A stretch of 64,000 nucleotides of DNA from Corallochytrium limacisporum Hawaii. Taxonomy: Eukaryota > Protista > Pluriformea. Below, one piece after another: positions 61,091 through 64,000 of the stretch (within the stretch, counting starts at the first letter, position 1; every line of letters starts with the position of its first letter). The position numbers and the translations under genes were made by a program. Where the stretch lies: the NCBI GenBank assembly GCA_002811645.1, contig PDIP01000038.1, forward strand, positions 59,129-123,128, read 5' to 3'. A model generated the notes under the pieces. It made no database searches and had not been told where the DNA came from. It saw nothing but the letters and a program-made list of their open reading frames with translations.

Positions 61091-62032
61091 GTTGCTTTCC
61101 GTCTATCTGGCCGATCGGACACTCAATCCGGGCCTACGGCGGAGTCAATTGTGCTACAGGAAGGTAGCTCAGTACCCAAACTCAAACTCCGTCACAAGTT
61201 GTTACCTCGTCGATGTAGATTCTCGGCGCCATCTACACAGACTACGAGTCTACTTTGCCCATGGCTTAACATACCTTCTTCTATCATCTGCAAAGAATCG
61301 TTCGGTACTCCTGCCAAAGAATGAGAGTGCTGAACGCGTCGTCAGTTTCCCTTGGCGGTGGGCGGACTCGTCCGGACGCAACCCGAGCCAACTGTTCCCT
61401 CCTCACACACACCCACCCAGCCTTCGCTAGGATCGAGACCGACCTGAGAACATACATCGTTTAAACAAATCTACCTGGAGCTGGAGGCCCAGTCCCCACC
61501 TCCCAAGCAACATTGCACCACACGCAATTCGCCACAAACAGGCAGGCAGCAAGCCTTGTTTCACGGGACTCGCGAAGATATTAAGCGGTGTGCATGCGAT
61601 CCCGCCAGGGAGGGTACCACGGTACGACTGGAGTTTTTCGTCTTGGGCCCCGCGGGGCCGCGCTCGGGGCAACTCCCTGCCGGTACTGAATATACCAGTT
61701 CTGCCCTGGCAACCATTTTCCATAATCCCCTTTGGGCGTATCCGTGTGCGGGTGCACGGGGAAAATAAATAGACTCCGGGCACACATTTTAATATACTTC
61801 AATTTTGCATTCGTGAACTGATGCGAATGTAGCTGGCGCGAGCTCCATATTGATCTGTCCTACCTTGCGCGGCATTTTCGGGGGGTCAAAGTCCATGATT
61901 ATGGGCATGTATTTAAGCAATGAAGATCACTTCCAAGGCAGTCCCGTCTCGACTTTGAAGTAAACGGTATGCCACCATGTGATAGAAGAGAGAAGGTGGC
62001 ACAACGGGAAGACAAAGTTTAAGCAGACCACG

Positions 62033-63076
62033 ATGGCGGCAGTGGGCTCGCAAAGTGGGCGGATACGAAAGCTTCAGGCCGAATACCTGCGCAATCCTAC
62101 AGTTTATCTCACAAATTTGCAACAGTCTCTTGCCGATGTATTCAATGAAGCGGGAATCGCGGTGGATACAACCTCCTTTGATCAGTTAGATCGCGAGGAG
62201 GAGGCAAGACGGGCAGCAGCGGAGGTTGAGCGCAAGGTTCAGGAAGAGAAGCGAAGGAAGGCCGAGGCGAAGCGCAAAGCTGCGGCTGATGTGTATGATT
62301 TTGACGAAGATGAAGAAGACGACGAGGCACATTTTGCGACGTCAACTAGCGGTGGTGCTTTGCGGCGAGCGATGCGGGACGACGAAGATGACATTGAAGA
62401 GATGACGCCCTCTACGACAATGCTATCTGGGGAAATGCAACAACAACCAGGTACGACACCTGAAAGACGAGACAGGGATCCGCGAAAGTTGTCACCAAAT
62501 CGCTTGAAGTCACTAAAGAGTGGTCAACCATCAGCAGTAGTAGCAGGTATTCTCGGCAAGCGCGAGCGTGGGGCCACAACCAGCACAGACCACGACGACT
62601 GGGAAGACATCTTGGCCGGTGCCCGCAAACTGACCCAAGCAAACCGCGCCCTGGAGAAAGAGCAAGGCGGCTTAAAAAAGCACAGAGAGGAAGAAGGTGG
62701 AGACCCTAACGATTCAATGGAAGTCGACAATGTGCCCAAGGAGTCCAGTCCCACAGGGAAGTCAGAGCCAGAGAAACCCGACAGCGGTGGGAAGAGCACA
62801 TCGACTGAGGAAACGGCCAAACTACCACCCAAGGAGGGGGCAGCAGGGACAGCAAACGCCCCGCATATGATCCCTGCCACCGCGGATGAGATGACAAAGT
62901 CGAACGCCGAGGCAGAATCTGCGGAGAAGGGCGACAATGCCACGCCAATGCGAGGTCAGATTAGCAGCCAGCTCGGTCCACCTGAGAGCAGCGGCAGCCA
63001 CGGGGAGCCGCTGACGACGCTCTCACTGCCGGTTCGCACAAAGACCAGCGCTGACGATGAATCGTCTGGCCCATAA
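62033..63076 (+). CDS. Hypothetical acidic, largely disordered protein with an N-terminal coiled coil
   Basis: 347 aa from the first ATG (ACGATGG); E/K/R-rich helix followed by low-complexity sequence; ends 99 bp from the convergent MRPL43 stop. Confidence 0.7.
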   Translation: MAAVGSQSGRIRKLQAEYLRNPTVYLTNLQQSLADVFNEAGIAVDTTSFDQLDREEEARRAAAEVERKVQEEKRRKAEAKRKAAADVYDFDEDEEDDEAHFATSTSGGALRRAMRDDEDDIEEMTPSTTMLSGEMQQQPGTTPERRDRDPRKLSPNRLKSLKSGQPSAVVAGILGKRERGATTSTDHDDWEDILAGARKLTQANRALEKEQGGLKKHREEEGGDPNDSMEVDNVPKESSPTGKSEPEKPDSGGKSTSTEETAKLPPKEGAAGTANAPHMIPATADEMTKSNAEAESAEKGDNATPMRGQISSQLGPPESSGSHGEPLTTLSLPVRTKTSADDESSGP

Positions 63077-63175
63077 TCGTGACACGCAAAACAGTGAATC
63101 TAACAAATGACCGTTTAAAGAAATACTATTTACATTATATTGAGTTTTTTGTTTGTACTTTCGCGAATCTGATTT

Positions 63176-63598
63176 TCAGTAGTCCTGGAATACGTTCCAG
63201 ACACCTTGGATTGACGGTCGCGACGACGTCTGATGCTTTGTGTGACGAACTCGTTGTGCTCCACTGCGATTTCGCAGATTTTCCAGCTTTTCACGCACTT
63301 CCTCAGCGGTCTTCATGTGCAGGGGAATCGGAATGCGACGATTGAACTCGTACACGCCGACTGCCCGGGCCGTCTCCCCTGGCTTGTCATGGAGCACAAA
63401 TGATACCATTGGATTCTGTCGTGCGTACTGCTTCATATGTTCATTAAGAAACTCCACTACACCTCGACTGCCGCCATTTAGTGAGTTAAAATAGATCCGA
63501 ACCTGCTGCAGCTTCTGAGTCCATGGGTCGAACTGCCGGACGCCGTCCACGCGGGTCCGTGACATCTGAACAAGCCTCCTTGCCGCCGGCGTCGACAT
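63176..63598 (-). CDS. MRPL43: Mitochondrial ribosomal protein mL43 (MRPL43/yeast MrpL51)
   Basis: GVRQF, LQQVRIYF, GGSRGVVEFL, NPMVSF, LRNRSG and SSRPSIQGVWN fit the L51/S25/CI-B8 family. Basic presequence-like start at ATG 63598 (TTCAAGATG). Confidence 0.88.
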   Translation of the reverse strand: MSTPAARRLVQMSRTRVDGVRQFDPWTQKLQQVRIYFNSLNGGSRGVVEFLNEHMKQYARQNPMVSFVLHDKPGETARAVGVYEFNRRIPIPLHMKTAEEVREKLENLRNRSGAQRVRHTKHQTSSRPSIQGVWNVFQDY

Positions 63599-64000
63599 CT
63601 TGAAATATTTGCTTCTCTCTCTAGTCAATAAGGACTGTGATCTGCTGTACTGCTCTTAAATATTTACCACCTGATATATCTCTTCTCATAACTTCCTGAG
63701 GGGAACTGGAAATCCTTACACGAAAATACTTGGACACTATGTTCTTTTTTGAATAACGTAATATCCTCTAACTACCTTGACGGTAACAATATGTCCTCAA
63801 GTGTCACTTAATTAACGACTCCCATTCGCGCTGTCTGACGCTCAATTGCAGCTAGTTCTTCGATAAGCGACAAGCTGAAAGCTCACGGACAACCAAATGA
63901 CCGCACTGTGTACTTCGGTGGACCACGCGACCCTCTGAACATCCCCACCCAACTCAAGGACACTGGGGCCGGCCCCCCCCCCTTCCCGGGACTCCCCCCC

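Noticed and set aside
6300-63926. Recurrent GGACCRC motif in intergenic regions
   Set aside because: About ten copies seen, only around twice a rough chance expectation, and some fall in convergent spacers.
1-64000. tRNA, rRNA, snRNA, riboswitch, CRISPR or transposon features
   Set aside because: No convincing T-loop/cloverleaf, snRNA boxes, regular repeat-spacer arrays, terminal repeats or transposase/RT motifs were seen by eye; a covariance-model scan would be needed to exclude small RNAs.

Overview
This is a compact, almost intron-free eukaryotic nuclear segment with about 15 complete protein-coding genes, one probable partial gene at the left edge and one assembly gap (11761-11998). Order: partial Ser/Asn-rich CDS(-), seipin(+), eIF5A(+), a three-exon NICE-3/C1orf43-like gene(-) split by the ORF track, GPR155/LYCHOS-like(+), pentafunctional AROM(-), RRS1(-), Bud21/NOL7-like nucleolar protein(+), a 1803-aa receptor-type hybrid histidine kinase(-), ACC-synthase-like PLP enzyme(+), a degenerate inositol 5-phosphatase(-), PDX2(+), cytoplasmic dynein heavy chain(-), Cyr1-type adenylate cyclase(-), an acidic hypothetical protein(+) and MRPL43(-). 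The mix of fungal-type genes (AROM, Cyr1), animal-associated genes and domains (LYCHOS, CUB, hemopexin) and near absence of introns suggests a unicellular opisthokont, plausibly a Corallochytrium-like holozoan. That placement is inference only. The best candidate for an undescribed system is the single-pass histidine kinase, whose ectodomain combines hemopexin-, CUB- and filamin-like modules in front of HisKA, HATPase, pseudo-receiver and receiver domains. Other points of interest are a DEP-less LYCHOS, a membrane-anchored 5-phosphatase pseudoenzyme, and a trimmed Cyr1. I could not support any tRNA, rRNA, CRISPR array or mobile element. All family assignments come from motif recognition by eye; no searches were run.
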